A stretch of 64,000 nt of DNA from a bacterium (lineage in GTDB: Bacteria > UBA8248), in NCBI GenBank assembly GCA_965219955.1, contig OZ244799.1:3584001-3648000 (forward strand), in the 5' to 3' direction. Shown here piece by piece: positions 28,616 to 39,404 of the stretch (its first letter is position 1; the number at the start of each line of letters is the position of its first letter). A model generated the notes under the pieces. The model ran no database searches and was not told where the DNA came from. It saw only the letters and a program-made list of their open reading frames with translations. Made by a program: the position numbers and the translations under genes.

Positions 28616-28648
28616 CGTCTCGACCGGCGGGCGCGTCGGTAAAAGAAT

Positions 28649-29887
28649 TCAGGTGCTGATGTTTTGCCACATTTTGGCGAGTCGGTCGAGGATGCGGCCC
28701 GCCAGAATCCCTTTTTCGAGGACGGGGAGCGTTTCTGTCGCGTTTGAGTCGATGATCCAGGCGCGCGAGGCGTCAGCGCCCATCGCGTCCTCATCGCCCG
28801 AGACCCTGTTCGCCACGATGAAGTCCAGCCCCTTTCGTTCGCGTTTTTCCTTCGCGCGCTCTGTCACCTTGTCCGTTTCGGCGGCGAAGCCGATCAGGAT
28901 TCTGTCTCCCTTTTCGATGGAAAGCTCGGCGAGTATGTCCGTCGTCCGCTCGAGTTCGACCGCGAGGGGAGCGTCGCCTTTTTTGTGTTTTCGGGCCGAT
29001 GGGTCGACCGGGCGGTAGTCCGCCACGGCGGCGGCCATGACGAGGGCGTGCGCGTCCGCCCATTCGCTCTTCACCGCCTCATACATCTGGGCGGCCGATT
29101 CCACGCGCACGACGCGCACCCCCGGCGGGTCTGCGAGAGCGGCGGGGCCGCTCACGAGTACGGCGTCCGCCCCGCGTTTTGCGGCTTCTCCCGCCAGGGC
29201 GAAGCCCATCTTGCCGCTCGATCGGTTCGAGAGATAACGCACGGCGTCCCACTTCTCCCGCGTGGGTCCCGCGGTGACCACGATCTTCATGCCCGAAAGG
29301 TCCGGCTCGGGCAGCAGAATCCTGCGCGCGGCCAGCAGGATATCCCCCGGCTCGGGCATGCGCCCCCGGCCGAGGCCCTCCTCCGCGCGGGCCATGCGTC
29401 CCACGCCCGGCTCCATGACGACGTGGCCCCTCTCGCGCAGGGAGGATACGTTTTCCTGAAGGGCCGGGGAGGCCCACATGCGCGGGTTCATGGCGGGGGC
29501 GACGAGGGCGGGCGGCTTTGCGGAGAGCAGGAGCGTGGAGAGAAAATCATCCCCCACCCCTTGCGCGAATTTCCCGATGATGTTCGCCGTAGCCGGGGCG
29601 ATGATGATGAGGTCTGCGTCCTCCGTCAGGGAGATGTGCGGCATGTCGCCCGTGGATTTGCCCCCCTCGAGCGGGAACATTCTCCGGATGGGCGTTTGGC
29701 CCGTGAGCACCTCGAATGGCAGCGGCTGCACGAACGAGGCGGCGCTCTCGGTCAGCACCGTCTGAACCTCGGCGCCGTCGAGGGTGAGCAGGCGCGCCAG
29801 GTCGATCGATTTATACGAGGCGATACCGCCTGATACGCCGAGGACGGTTTTTTTGCCGCTGAGGGGGGCCGGGGCGTTTTCGCTCAC
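28649..29887 (-). CDS. coaBC: Bifunctional phosphopantothenoylcysteine decarboxylase/ligase
   Basis: GVSGGIASYK, APATAN, APAMN, TAGPTRE, NRSSGKMG, AAVADY, GFAAET. Confidence 0.96.
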   Translation of the reverse strand: MSENAPAPLSGKKTVLGVSGGIASYKSIDLARLLTLDGAEVQTVLTESAASFVQPLPFEVLTGQTPIRRMFPLEGGKSTGDMPHISLTEDADLIIIAPATANIIGKFAQGVGDDFLSTLLLSAKPPALVAPAMNPRMWASPALQENVSSLRERGHVVMEPGVGRMARAEEGLGRGRMPEPGDILLAARRILLPEPDLSGMKIVVTAGPTREKWDAVRYLSNRSSGKMGFALAGEAAKRGADAVLVSGPAALADPPGVRVVRVESAAQMYEAVKSEWADAHALVMAAAVADYRPVDPSARKHKKGDAPLAVELERTTDILAELSIEKGDRILIGFAAETDKVTERAKEKRERKGLDFIVANRVSGDEDAMGADASRAWIIDSNATETLPVLEKGILAGRILDRLAKMWQNIST

Positions 29888-30465
29888 GGGGAATCGACCT
29901 CCCCGCGATGCAAAAGGATAATTTTTTTGAGTTCGCAGAATGCGGCGTCCAGGTCGTCGTTGATGATGACGTGGTCGTAGCGATGGTTCTGCGCCATCTC
30001 TTCTTCGGCTCTCGAGAGCCGGTATTTGACGTCCTCGCCGGTCTCCGACGCCCGGTGCGCGAGGCGCTTGGCCAGCTCATCCAGTGAGGGCGGCATGACG
30101 AATACGAGGCTCGCTTCCGCTCGCTTCCGCTTGACCTGCAGGGCGCCCTGGACGTCCAGGTCCATGATGACGTCGTCTCCACCGGCCAGATGCGCGTCGA
30201 CCGCTTCGGCGGGCGTTCCGTAGCATTCCTCGAAAACCCGCGCCCATTCGAGAAATTCGTTTCTGGTGATCATCTCCTCGAAATCGGGTTTTTCCAGGAA
30301 AAAATAATGAATCCCGTCTTCTTCATAATCGCGCCTTGGGCGCGTCGTCGCGCTGATCGAGTGCCAGATATCGGGAAGTTCCCGGCATGTGCGGTCGATG
30401 AGCGTGGATTTTCCCGCCCCCGAGGGCGCCGAGAGAACGAAGAGATGGCCGCGGCTTCCCATCAT
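29884..30465 (-). CDS. gmk: Guanylate kinase
   Basis: SAPSGAGKST, SATTRPRR, YGTP, DVQGA; start overlaps the yicC stop. Confidence 0.95.
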   Translation of the reverse strand: MMGSRGHLFVLSAPSGAGKSTLIDRTCRELPDIWHSISATTRPRRDYEEDGIHYFFLEKPDFEEMITRNEFLEWARVFEECYGTPAEAVDAHLAGGDDVIMDLDVQGALQVKRKRAEASLVFVMPPSLDELAKRLAHRASETGEDVKYRLSRAEEEMAQNHRYDHVIINDDLDAAFCELKKIILLHRGEVDSP

Positions 30466-31334
30466 TCCACGTTCTGTACTTGTTCGCGGATTTTCTCGAT
30501 GGCGCTTTTCACATCGACCGCGCTCTGGGTGAGGACGAGATCGATGGATTTCGACGAGATCGTGTTGGCCTCGCGGTTCATCTCCTGGGTGAGGAAATCG
30601 AGCTTGCGGCCGATGGGGCCTTCGCTCTCGAGCATCTCGCGAAACTGGACGACGTGGCTGTCGAGACGGCTGAGTTCCTCGCTGATGTCCCCGCGCTCGG
30701 CGGCGTAGATCATCTCCTGCTCGAGCCTCCCCTCGTCCACCTCGACGCCCTCTGCGAGTTCGAGAATCCGCTCGCGCATCCGCTCGGTGAGGAGCCTGCG
30801 CGCCTCGGGCAGGCGTTCGCGTATCTCTTCGCACCCCTCCTTCACTGCGGCGAGGTGATCGCGGATGTCTTTCGCGAGCGCATCCCCTTCTTTTTTGCGC
30901 ATCTCCCCCAAGGCGCCCAGCGCATCGCCGAGGGATTCCATCAGGACGGCCCGAATCTCGTCCTTGTCGGGTTCGGGCTCCGCGCTCTTGAGCAGGTCGC
31001 GGAAGCCGGTGAGTATCGAAAGGTCGACCTCGCCCGCGATTCCAAGCTCATCTTTCAGGGATTTCAGGCTGGCGAGAAGGGATTTCGCGGCTTCGGCGTC
31101 GATGGGGGATGCGTGGTTCCCCTCCTCGCCCGAGCGGATATAGATGTCGAAACGCCCGCGGGAGAAGCGCTTTTTCAGCGCCTCGCGCACCTCATTCTCG
31201 AGAGCGAGCGACCAGCGCGGGCCCCGGCAGGAGACCTCCAGATAGCGGTGGTTCACCGAGCGCGCCTCCACGCTTATGGAAGCCTCGCCCAGCGGCCTTT
31301 CTCCCGCGCCGTAACCCGTCATGCTGTCTATCAT
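30462..31334 (-). CDS. yicC: YicC/YloC family endoribonuclease
   Basis: SMTGYG, RSVNHRYLE, DISEELSRL, GRKLDFLTQEMNREANTI, EKIREQVQNVE. Confidence 0.95.
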   Translation of the reverse strand: MIDSMTGYGAGERPLGEASISVEARSVNHRYLEVSCRGPRWSLALENEVREALKKRFSRGRFDIYIRSGEEGNHASPIDAEAAKSLLASLKSLKDELGIAGEVDLSILTGFRDLLKSAEPEPDKDEIRAVLMESLGDALGALGEMRKKEGDALAKDIRDHLAAVKEGCEEIRERLPEARRLLTERMRERILELAEGVEVDEGRLEQEMIYAAERGDISEELSRLDSHVVQFREMLESEGPIGRKLDFLTQEMNREANTISSKSIDLVLTQSAVDVKSAIEKIREQVQNVE

Positions 31335-31379
31335 GTTCCGCCCCTTGATGCGTTGTTAACAGTCCACCGGAAAGAGTCT

Positions 31380-31408
31380 ACAATAATTTTCCGATCAGGG
31401 CCTGTCAA
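31380..31408 (-). promoter_or_regulatory. Putative sigma70 promoter of the yicC-gmk-coaBC-udg operon
   Basis: TTGACA-17 nt-TATTGT. Confidence 0.55.
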
Positions 31409-31448
31409 TTTATGTAATCTCAGGGAAAACAGCGGATTCGGGTGGCAT

Positions 31449-33221
31449 ATGGATACTTTCGTACTTCAGGCGATAGCCGAGGAATTGAGCGGGGATCTTC
31501 TGGGCGCGCGCCTGGAGAGAATCACCCAGACCGACGCGCACACGGTCGTCCTTTTTTTTCCGGGCGCGAAAAAACGAAAGCGCGCCCTGCTCATGAGCAC
31601 GGACCCCGCGCACCCCCGCGTTCACCTGACGGCGGACCCGCCCCCGAGCCTGCCCGAAGCGCCCACCTTTTGCCGCGCGCTCAGGAAGCACTTGAGCGGC
31701 CTTCGCCTCACCCGCGCGGCGGCCGGAGAGTGGGAGCGCGTGCTCCAGTTCTCCTTCGAGCGGGGGGGCGGCTCCGGACGCGGCGATTCCTTCGCGCTCA
31801 TGGCGGAGGTGATGGGCCGCTGGAGCAACCTCGTGCTCCTGAGCGGCGCGACGGGCGAGATACTCGAAGCCAGGAGATTCGTCCCGCCCGGTCCCCACAC
31901 CCCGAGGCCTCTGGAGAGAGGGGGCGGGTACCGGCTGCCGCCCGAACAGAAAAAGGTGAATCCGGGAGCGCTCACGAGAGAAGTCCTCAAAGAGATGATG
32001 CGAGAGGCGGACCTTTCCTCCGCCGGCCAGGAGGAATTCGCCAGGTGGCTGGTTCGTTCCGTCGCGGGCGTGAGCCCGGCCCTGGCGCGTGCGCTTGCGC
32101 GCGCTTCGGGCGCAGATGAGGGCTGGACCGGGGCGGCGGATACGCTGATGAGCGTCGTCGAGAGCTATCAGAAGAAAGAATTCTCCCCCGCATGGTTGCT
32201 GGGAGCGGACGGCGAACCCGAAAGCCTGAGCGCGGCCCGAATTCCCGGGGTGGATGCAGCCTCATACCGCGCGTTTGATTCCATGAACGAGGCGGCGGAT
32301 GCGTTTTACGGACGGCTCGTGAAATGCTCCCGGCTTGATGAGCGGAAAAAAGGAGTCTCAAAGGCCCTCCGCCGCGCGGGGGAGCGGGTGCGCTCTTCCA
32401 TCGAGGCGGTGCGGAGGGACCTGGCTTCCGCCGGGGAGGCGGAAGACGTGCTCAGGAAAGGGGAACTCCTGCTCGCGCATCTGGACGAGGTGGAGGAGAA
32501 GGCGAGCGCCGTATCGGTTTCTTCGGAGAGCGGCCCTGTAGAGATCGCGCTCGACCCCAGGTTCACGCCCTCGGAGAACGCGCAGAAGTATTTCCGCCGC
32601 TACAAGAAGCTCAAGCGCCGCGCCTCGACCGGGCTGGCGCGCTTACAGGAGATGGAGGAAGAGGAGAGATTCATCGGCGCGCTGGCGTTCGACCTGGAAT
32701 CGGCGGAGGAGACGGAAGACCTCCTGGGCGTGGAAGAAGCGCTCGCCCAGGCGGGCTACGCCGGGCGCGGGCGGGAGAAAAAGGCAAAAGACGCGCGCAC
32801 GAAGGGCAGGCAGGCGGCGCGCGCCAGGCCCTACAGGCGGTTCGTCTCCCCCGCGGGCTGGGAAGTGGTCGTCGGCAGGAACGCGATGGGCAACGACGAG
32901 ATGCTGAAAAACGTGGGCCGGGCGAGCGACACCTGGCTTCACGCGCGCGGGGTTCCGGGCAGCCACGTTCTCCTGCGCCGCGCGGACGGGGAGCCTGCGG
33001 CGCCGGATGAGGAAACGCTCGCACAGGCGGCGGCGTTCGCGGCCTATTTCAGCCGGGGACGGACGGACTCCAAGCTCCAAGTCGCCTACCTTCCCTTTTC
33101 GCGCTTGAGAAAACCCAAGGGGCGGCGGCCCGGCCAGGTGCTGATCGGCGCGCACGAGACGGTCCTCGTCGACCCGGACACAGGGAAACGGCTCTGCGAG
33201 GAATGGGAGGAGGTCGGCTGA
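31449..33221 (+). CDS. rqcH: Ribosome quality control NFACT protein (RqcH/Rqc2/FbpA)
   Basis: True start at MDTFVLQA; motifs FCRALRKHL, EVMGRWSNL, ENAQKYFRRYKK, VGRNAMGND, WLHARGVPGSHV. Confidence 0.92.
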   Translation: MDTFVLQAIAEELSGDLLGARLERITQTDAHTVVLFFPGAKKRKRALLMSTDPAHPRVHLTADPPPSLPEAPTFCRALRKHLSGLRLTRAAAGEWERVLQFSFERGGGSGRGDSFALMAEVMGRWSNLVLLSGATGEILEARRFVPPGPHTPRPLERGGGYRLPPEQKKVNPGALTREVLKEMMREADLSSAGQEEFARWLVRSVAGVSPALARALARASGADEGWTGAADTLMSVVESYQKKEFSPAWLLGADGEPESLSAARIPGVDAASYRAFDSMNEAADAFYGRLVKCSRLDERKKGVSKALRRAGERVRSSIEAVRRDLASAGEAEDVLRKGELLLAHLDEVEEKASAVSVSSESGPVEIALDPRFTPSENAQKYFRRYKKLKRRASTGLARLQEMEEEERFIGALAFDLESAEETEDLLGVEEALAQAGYAGRGREKKAKDARTKGRQAARARPYRRFVSPAGWEVVVGRNAMGNDEMLKNVGRASDTWLHARGVPGSHVLLRRADGEPAAPDEETLAQAAAFAAYFSRGRTDSKLQVAYLPFSRLRKPKGRRPGQVLIGAHETVLVDPDTGKRLCEEWEEVG

Positions 33222-33249
33222 GGAAGGTTATCGAATGTCCTTCCGGCCT

Positions 33250-33277
33250 GTAGGGGCGGTTCGCGAACCGCCCCTAC
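33250..33277. repeat. GTAG-type REP palindrome
   Basis: Perfect 28-bp palindrome GTAGGGGCGGTTCGCGAACCGCCCCTAC. Confidence 0.8.
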
Positions 33278-33451
33278 GACTATTTGAACCATCCGTTTTG
33301 GCGTATAGGTTCCGTTCACCTATTGGTGCAGATACAACCCGGCTACAAAGAGGAGCAGAGTTGCGCATCTGACTCCTGGTCGATAGATTTACTTTTCGCT
33401 ACAGGTTCTGTTATTATACGTACGGTAAAGTTGCCTGTGGGGAGGAGCCAG

Positions 33452-33643
33452 ATGGACAATGAAACCAGGCAGGCGTTCAAAAAGATTCATGATCGGTTCG
33501 ATAGCTTGGAATCGAAAATGGATGAAGGGTTTGAAGAAGTGAAGAACATGATGGATCACGGGTTTAGCCAGTTACTCCCGGAAGAACAATGGCCACCGAG
33601 CGAACACGATCTCCAAAGGGCAGAAATTAGAAGGAAGCTATAA
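33452..33643 (+). CDS. Small hypothetical coiled-coil protein (63 aa)
   Basis: RBS GGAGGAG then ATG; MDNETRQAFKKIHDRFDSLESKMDEGFEEV; locally lower GC. Confidence 0.6.
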   Translation: MDNETRQAFKKIHDRFDSLESKMDEGFEEVKNMMDHGFSQLLPEEQWPPSEHDLQRAEIRRKL

Positions 33644-33700
33644 CGCCAAGAATTCTCAGTTTCTACGAGGCTTCTCCCAAGGAACTGTAATCTCAATGGC

Positions 33701-34120
33701 CTAATCCCCCTCCAGAATCCTCTTCAGGTTCGCCAGTTCCCGGATGTTCCGGAGCGTGCCGTCGCGGTGTTTGGCCTGGTTTTCGTATTCGTCGCACTCG
33801 ACGGTGTGGAGAACGTGGGTGCAGGGGCCTTCTTCCTCGAAGTAGTAGCTGATGATCATGACGGGCGTTTTCGAGTCGCCCTCGAAGTTGTGCCAGACGA
33901 TCTGTTTATACGGCTCCCATACCATCATCTCCGAGACGTGCTCGGCTCCGCTCGTGTAGACCTGGTGGAATCGGGTACCCACCCCGCTCTTCTTCTCGGA
34001 TATGATTTTCACGCTCTGGCTGAAATCCGCGATTTGCGGGTGGGTCTCCACGTGGCCGATGAAGTCGAAGACTTTCTCGGCGGGAGCGCGTATTTTCTCG
34101 ATGACAGCCACGGGAGGCAT
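33701..34120 (-). CDS. SRPBCC/START family protein
   Basis: IRAPAEKVFDFI, GVGTRF, WEPYKQIVW; RBS AAGGAG. Confidence 0.8.
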   Translation of the reverse strand: MPPVAVIEKIRAPAEKVFDFIGHVETHPQIADFSQSVKIISEKKSGVGTRFHQVYTSGAEHVSEMMVWEPYKQIVWHNFEGDSKTPVMIISYYFEEEGPCTHVLHTVECDEYENQAKHRDGTLRNIRELANLKRILEGD

Positions 34121-34132
34121 AAGCGTTCTCCT

Positions 34133-35296
34133 TTATATGAATTTCGCCAGGACCTGATTGGCCAGAAGGGTTCCCTTGTCGGACAGGCGAAGCCGGCCGT
34201 TTTCTCTCGCCACCAGGCCGGAATTCTCGAGTTCACGGAACAGTTCCCCGAACGCCTCTTCGGGGTCCGCGCCGCACTCTTGCGCGAGGCGCCCCAGCGA
34301 GACGCCCTCTTTCACCCGAAGGCCGAGCATCAGGGCCTCGCCGAGCGCTTTTTGGGGGTCGTCCACGCGCTCTTCGCCGACTGCGGGGTCGCCCGCGTTT
34401 TGCGCGTAGACGTCGGGCCTGGCGTGGTTCCACAGCCGCTCCCCGGCCATGAGGGAATGCGCGCCTGCGCCCAGGCCCAGGTAGTCTCCCCGCCGCCAGT
34501 AGTTCAGGTTGTGCCTGCACGCGAAGCCGGGCCTTGCGAAATTGCTGATCTCGTAACGCTCGTAGCCGGCTTGAGAGAGGGCCGAATCCCTGAGTTCCCA
34601 CATGCGGAGCGCCGTCTCCTCGTCGGGTAGGCCGTTCAACTCCCCCCGCGCCCGGCGCGCATGAAACGCCGTGCCCGGCTCGATGGTCAGCTCATAGGCG
34701 GAGAGATGCTCCGGCCCCAAATCGAGGGCGCGCTCGATGTCGCGCTCGGCCATGTCTATCGTCTGATACGGGATGCCGAACATGAGATCGAGCGAGACGT
34801 TGGTGAAGCCCGCCTCGCGCGCGGAGCGGAAGGCGCGTTCAGCGTCATCGCCCGTATGGACCCTGTCGAGCCTCTTGAGCGCTTTGTCGTCGAACGTCTG
34901 GACGCCGATGCTGATCCGGTTGACGCCCGCCTCGCGCAGCGCGCCGAAGCGCTCGGCCTCCGCCGCCCCGGGGTTCGCCTCCAGGGTGATCTCGCAATCC
35001 GGGCCTAGATCGAACGTCGCGGCGACGAGGTCCAGAATCCGCCTCGTTTCTTCCGCCGGGAACAGCGAGGGCGTTCCCCCGCCGAAGAATATCGTGCCGA
35101 CCTCCCGGCCTTCCAGGGAAAACGCCTCGGTGCGGCTTTTGATTTCCTCGGTCAGCGCGTCCGCATAGCGGCGCGCCCAGTCCTCTTCGGCATGGCCTTT
35201 TTCCAGCAGGGTGTCCAGGGCGTAGGAGTTGAAATCGCAATACCCGCACTTGGCGATGCAGAAGGGGATGTGGATGTAAAGCGATAGCGGTTTCAT
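34133..35296 (-). CDS. hemW: Radical SAM heme chaperone HemW
   Basis: LYIHIPFCIAKCGYCDFNS, GGGTPS, EITLEANP, YEISNFA, HNLNYW. Confidence 0.93.
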   Translation of the reverse strand: MKPLSLYIHIPFCIAKCGYCDFNSYALDTLLEKGHAEEDWARRYADALTEEIKSRTEAFSLEGREVGTIFFGGGTPSLFPAEETRRILDLVAATFDLGPDCEITLEANPGAAEAERFGALREAGVNRISIGVQTFDDKALKRLDRVHTGDDAERAFRSAREAGFTNVSLDLMFGIPYQTIDMAERDIERALDLGPEHLSAYELTIEPGTAFHARRARGELNGLPDEETALRMWELRDSALSQAGYERYEISNFARPGFACRHNLNYWRRGDYLGLGAGAHSLMAGERLWNHARPDVYAQNAGDPAVGEERVDDPQKALGEALMLGLRVKEGVSLGRLAQECGADPEEAFGELFRELENSGLVARENGRLRLSDKGTLLANQVLAKFI

Positions 35297-35392
35297 GGCG
35301 TTTTCTTTTTGTCCGTGAAATAAAAGCCCCAAACCCTTTTTTCTATGATACCCTTCTTTTCCATCATTTTGGAAAGCCGAAGGGGAGCAGAG

Positions 35393-36955
<1,563 letters not shown>

Positions 36956-36989
36956 ATCATTACGAAGGACCTGAGGCGCAAGGAGAGAT

Positions 36990-37724
36990 TTGATGGACAG
37001 GGCGATTTGGGCGACGTGGTACGACCTGCCCGACGATGGGGCGAACGAATTTATTTCCTGGCTGCACGAGGTGCATCTGCCCGAGATGCTGGAACGCTCC
37101 GGCTACCTGTGGGCGGCGCACGTGGACAACGACAAGAGCGAAGAGCGAAAAGAGAACGTGAACCGGCGCCTCACGCACACCGACGACCCTTCCGTTCCGG
37201 CCGGCAACGGGTATCTGATGCTGTTCGGCGCGGAGAGCGTCCACACGTTTCTGGATCCCTCTCCCGTGCAGTTGGCCGAAGGCTGGGGGCCGGACGAGCG
37301 CGAGATGCTGGGGCTGCGCGGGGGTGTGCGCGAGTGCGTTTTCGTGGAGACGGGGCGTATCGACGGCCCCGAGATAGGGCAGCGCGCCCCGGGCATCACG
37401 CCGGGGCCCAGAATCCAGATGGGGAGCTTCAACAGCAACGCGCTTGAGAACGAGGAGGGCATGGGCGCATGGTACGTCCAGCTTCGCTTTCCGCGCATGC
37501 AGACCCTGGAGGGCTGCGTGGGCATGCGGAAGCTGGTTTCGGTTTGCGGCTGGGCCAAGCACGCCGTGCTCTATGAGTTCGATCTCAACACTTCCGTCGA
37601 GCATTATTTCCAGAAGGAACTGGAGAGCGAGGACTGGTCGCGGGAGATGGTGGGCAGCCTCGTGCATGCGCCCGGCTCGCCGAGCACCGGAAAGCGCATC
37701 TGGCCGCCGGTCGATTCGCCCTGA
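36990..37724 (+). CDS. Hypothetical protein (tandem EthD/DUF4286-like domains)
   Basis: Two W-[LY]-x-x-x-[HR]-x-P halves (WLHEVHLP; WYVQLRFP); RBS AAGGAG. Confidence 0.6.
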   Translation: MMDRAIWATWYDLPDDGANEFISWLHEVHLPEMLERSGYLWAAHVDNDKSEERKENVNRRLTHTDDPSVPAGNGYLMLFGAESVHTFLDPSPVQLAEGWGPDEREMLGLRGGVRECVFVETGRIDGPEIGQRAPGITPGPRIQMGSFNSNALENEEGMGAWYVQLRFPRMQTLEGCVGMRKLVSVCGWAKHAVLYEFDLNTSVEHYFQKELESEDWSREMVGSLVHAPGSPSTGKRIWPPVDSP

Positions 37725-37779
37725 GGGCGCAGCCCGGAATTCCCCGGCTTGACCCCCCCCTCCTCAAGGGATAAAGGAA

Positions 37780-38313
37780 CCCCCCTTATCGGGGCTGTTG
37801 AAAAAGTCCCTCGATGTGGGAAAACCACCGTCATTCCGGCGAAAGCCGGAATCCATTTTGTGATTTTTGCTTTCGTTTTCGCATTTGGCTCCGCCTCGCG
37901 GGAGGGAGTTGCGCGCCCGAATCCGGAACGGATGAGGCGGATATGTATGGCGGTGCCCGTATCTTCCCAGGGCGGGAGAGAGTACGGCCGGGCGAAAGGC
38001 CAAAGACAAAGGCGAAAATGGATTCCGGGCAATCCCTCCCTCCTCGGTCGGCATTGATTGCCGGAATGACGAACCAAAACCCTACCACCTCACCCTGAGT
38101 AGCGGCGAAGCCGCGTATCGAAGGGCGAGGCCCCGCACCCATCGGGGGACGTTCGTCCTTCCTCCTTCGATACGGCGCTGGCGTGCCTACTCAGGATGAG
38201 GAGGTTGGGGTGCTTGCGCGCCCGTCCCGAAATCGGCTTTTTCAACAACCCCGATAAGGGGGGATAGGGGGGTGATTTTATCCCCCGCCGAGGGGGACTT
38301 TTTCAATGGCCCC
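37780..38313. mobile_element. Composite MITE-like element with two classes of REP pairs
   Basis: 27-bp IR CCCCCCTTATCGGGG(C/T)TGTTGAAAAAG (37780-37806 and 38237-38263), an extra right end at 38292-38313, and internal GTCATTCCGGC and CTCA(C/T)CCTGAGTAG/TATCGAAGG pairs. Confidence 0.7.
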
Positions 38314-38340
38314 GTGGCGGATTCCTGAAGCCTTAAAATG

Positions 38341-38377
38341 AAACCGCCGGGGCCTCGCGTGAGACCCCGGCGGTTTT
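38341..38377 (-). terminator. Rho-independent terminator after tctC
   Basis: AAACCGCCGGGG...CCCCGGCGGTTT hairpin. Confidence 0.7.
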
Positions 38378-38388
38378 GCCGATGAGGC

Positions 38389-39378
38389 CTATTTCTTCTT
38401 CACGCCGATGCTGGCGAAAATCTTCCCGAAACGATTGTATTCGTCCGCGAGGTCTTTTTTGAGCGCATCGCCGTAGAGCGGCGTGGGCACTTCGCCCATT
38501 TTGCTGATGAGCCTGCGGTAGGACTTGTTCTTCAGCAGCTTCTTGAAACCCTCCACGAGGAAGTCGACGCGGTCCTGCGGGATGCCCTTGGGCCCGATGT
38601 AGAAGCGTTTCGAAGCCAGTATGAAGTCCACCCCGTTCTCCTTCATGGTCGGAACTTTCGGGAACAATTTCACCCGCTTCTCCGAGCAGACGCCCAGGAT
38701 GTTCAACTGCCCGCGCTTGTAGCGTCCCAGTGTACCGCCCGTGGCGGGCAGCGCGCCCGCGCTGTCCACGTGGCCGCCGAGCATGGCGCGGAAGGCGGGG
38801 CCGCCGCCCTTGAAGGGAATGTGGTTCAGCTTGATGCCCGTGTCGGCCATGATCTTGAGGATCATGAGATGCCCTGTGCCGTAGATGCCCGAGGAGCCGT
38901 AGCTCACCTTGCCGGGGTTTTTCCTGGCCGCCGCGGCGAACTCCTTGAAATTCTTCCAGGGCTTCGACGCCGGGGAGACCATCATGTAGTCCGCCTTGTT
39001 GATCATGAAAATCGGCACGAAATCCTTGAGCGGGTCGTAACCCATGTTGCGCACGTGCGGGCCGATGGTGAGATGGGAGGCGGAGGCCAGCATGATGGTG
39101 TGGCCGTCGGGCTTCGCGCGCTTGAGCGCCGTCATCCCGATTTTTCCGCCGCCGCCCGGCATGAGCTGCACGATCATCGGCTGGCCGAAATAATCGTTGG
39201 CCACGCTCGCCACGGCGCGGGAGTTCATGTCGTGCGAACCGCCCGCGCCCAGGGCCACGATGACGCGGATGGGTTTCCAGGGAAACTTTCTGGCGGCCTC
39301 CGCAGGCGTCGCGCTCGCCACGAATACGAGTGCGAGCGCAAGCGCGAGTCCTGCCGGGAGCAATTTGGTGATTTTCAT
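38389..39378 (-). CDS. tctC: Tripartite tricarboxylate transporter substrate-binding protein
   Basis: Signal peptide, PIRVIV..GAGGSHD, KPDGHT, HIPFKGGG, VPTMKENG; start ATG 39378. Confidence 0.9.
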   Translation of the reverse strand: MKITKLLPAGLALALALVFVASATPAEAARKFPWKPIRVIVALGAGGSHDMNSRAVASVANDYFGQPMIVQLMPGGGGKIGMTALKRAKPDGHTIMLASASHLTIGPHVRNMGYDPLKDFVPIFMINKADYMMVSPASKPWKNFKEFAAAARKNPGKVSYGSSGIYGTGHLMILKIMADTGIKLNHIPFKGGGPAFRAMLGGHVDSAGALPATGGTLGRYKRGQLNILGVCSEKRVKLFPKVPTMKENGVDFILASKRFYIGPKGIPQDRVDFLVEGFKKLLKNKSYRRLISKMGEVPTPLYGDALKKDLADEYNRFGKIFASIGVKKK

Positions 39379-39404
39379 GTCCGGTCTCCTTTGTGGGTGC
39401 GCAT

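Noticed and set aside
30480-31448. N-terminal 323 aa of the 913-aa ORF (apparent fusion to RqcH)
   Set aside because: Antisense to yicC; NFACT homology starts at ATG 31449.
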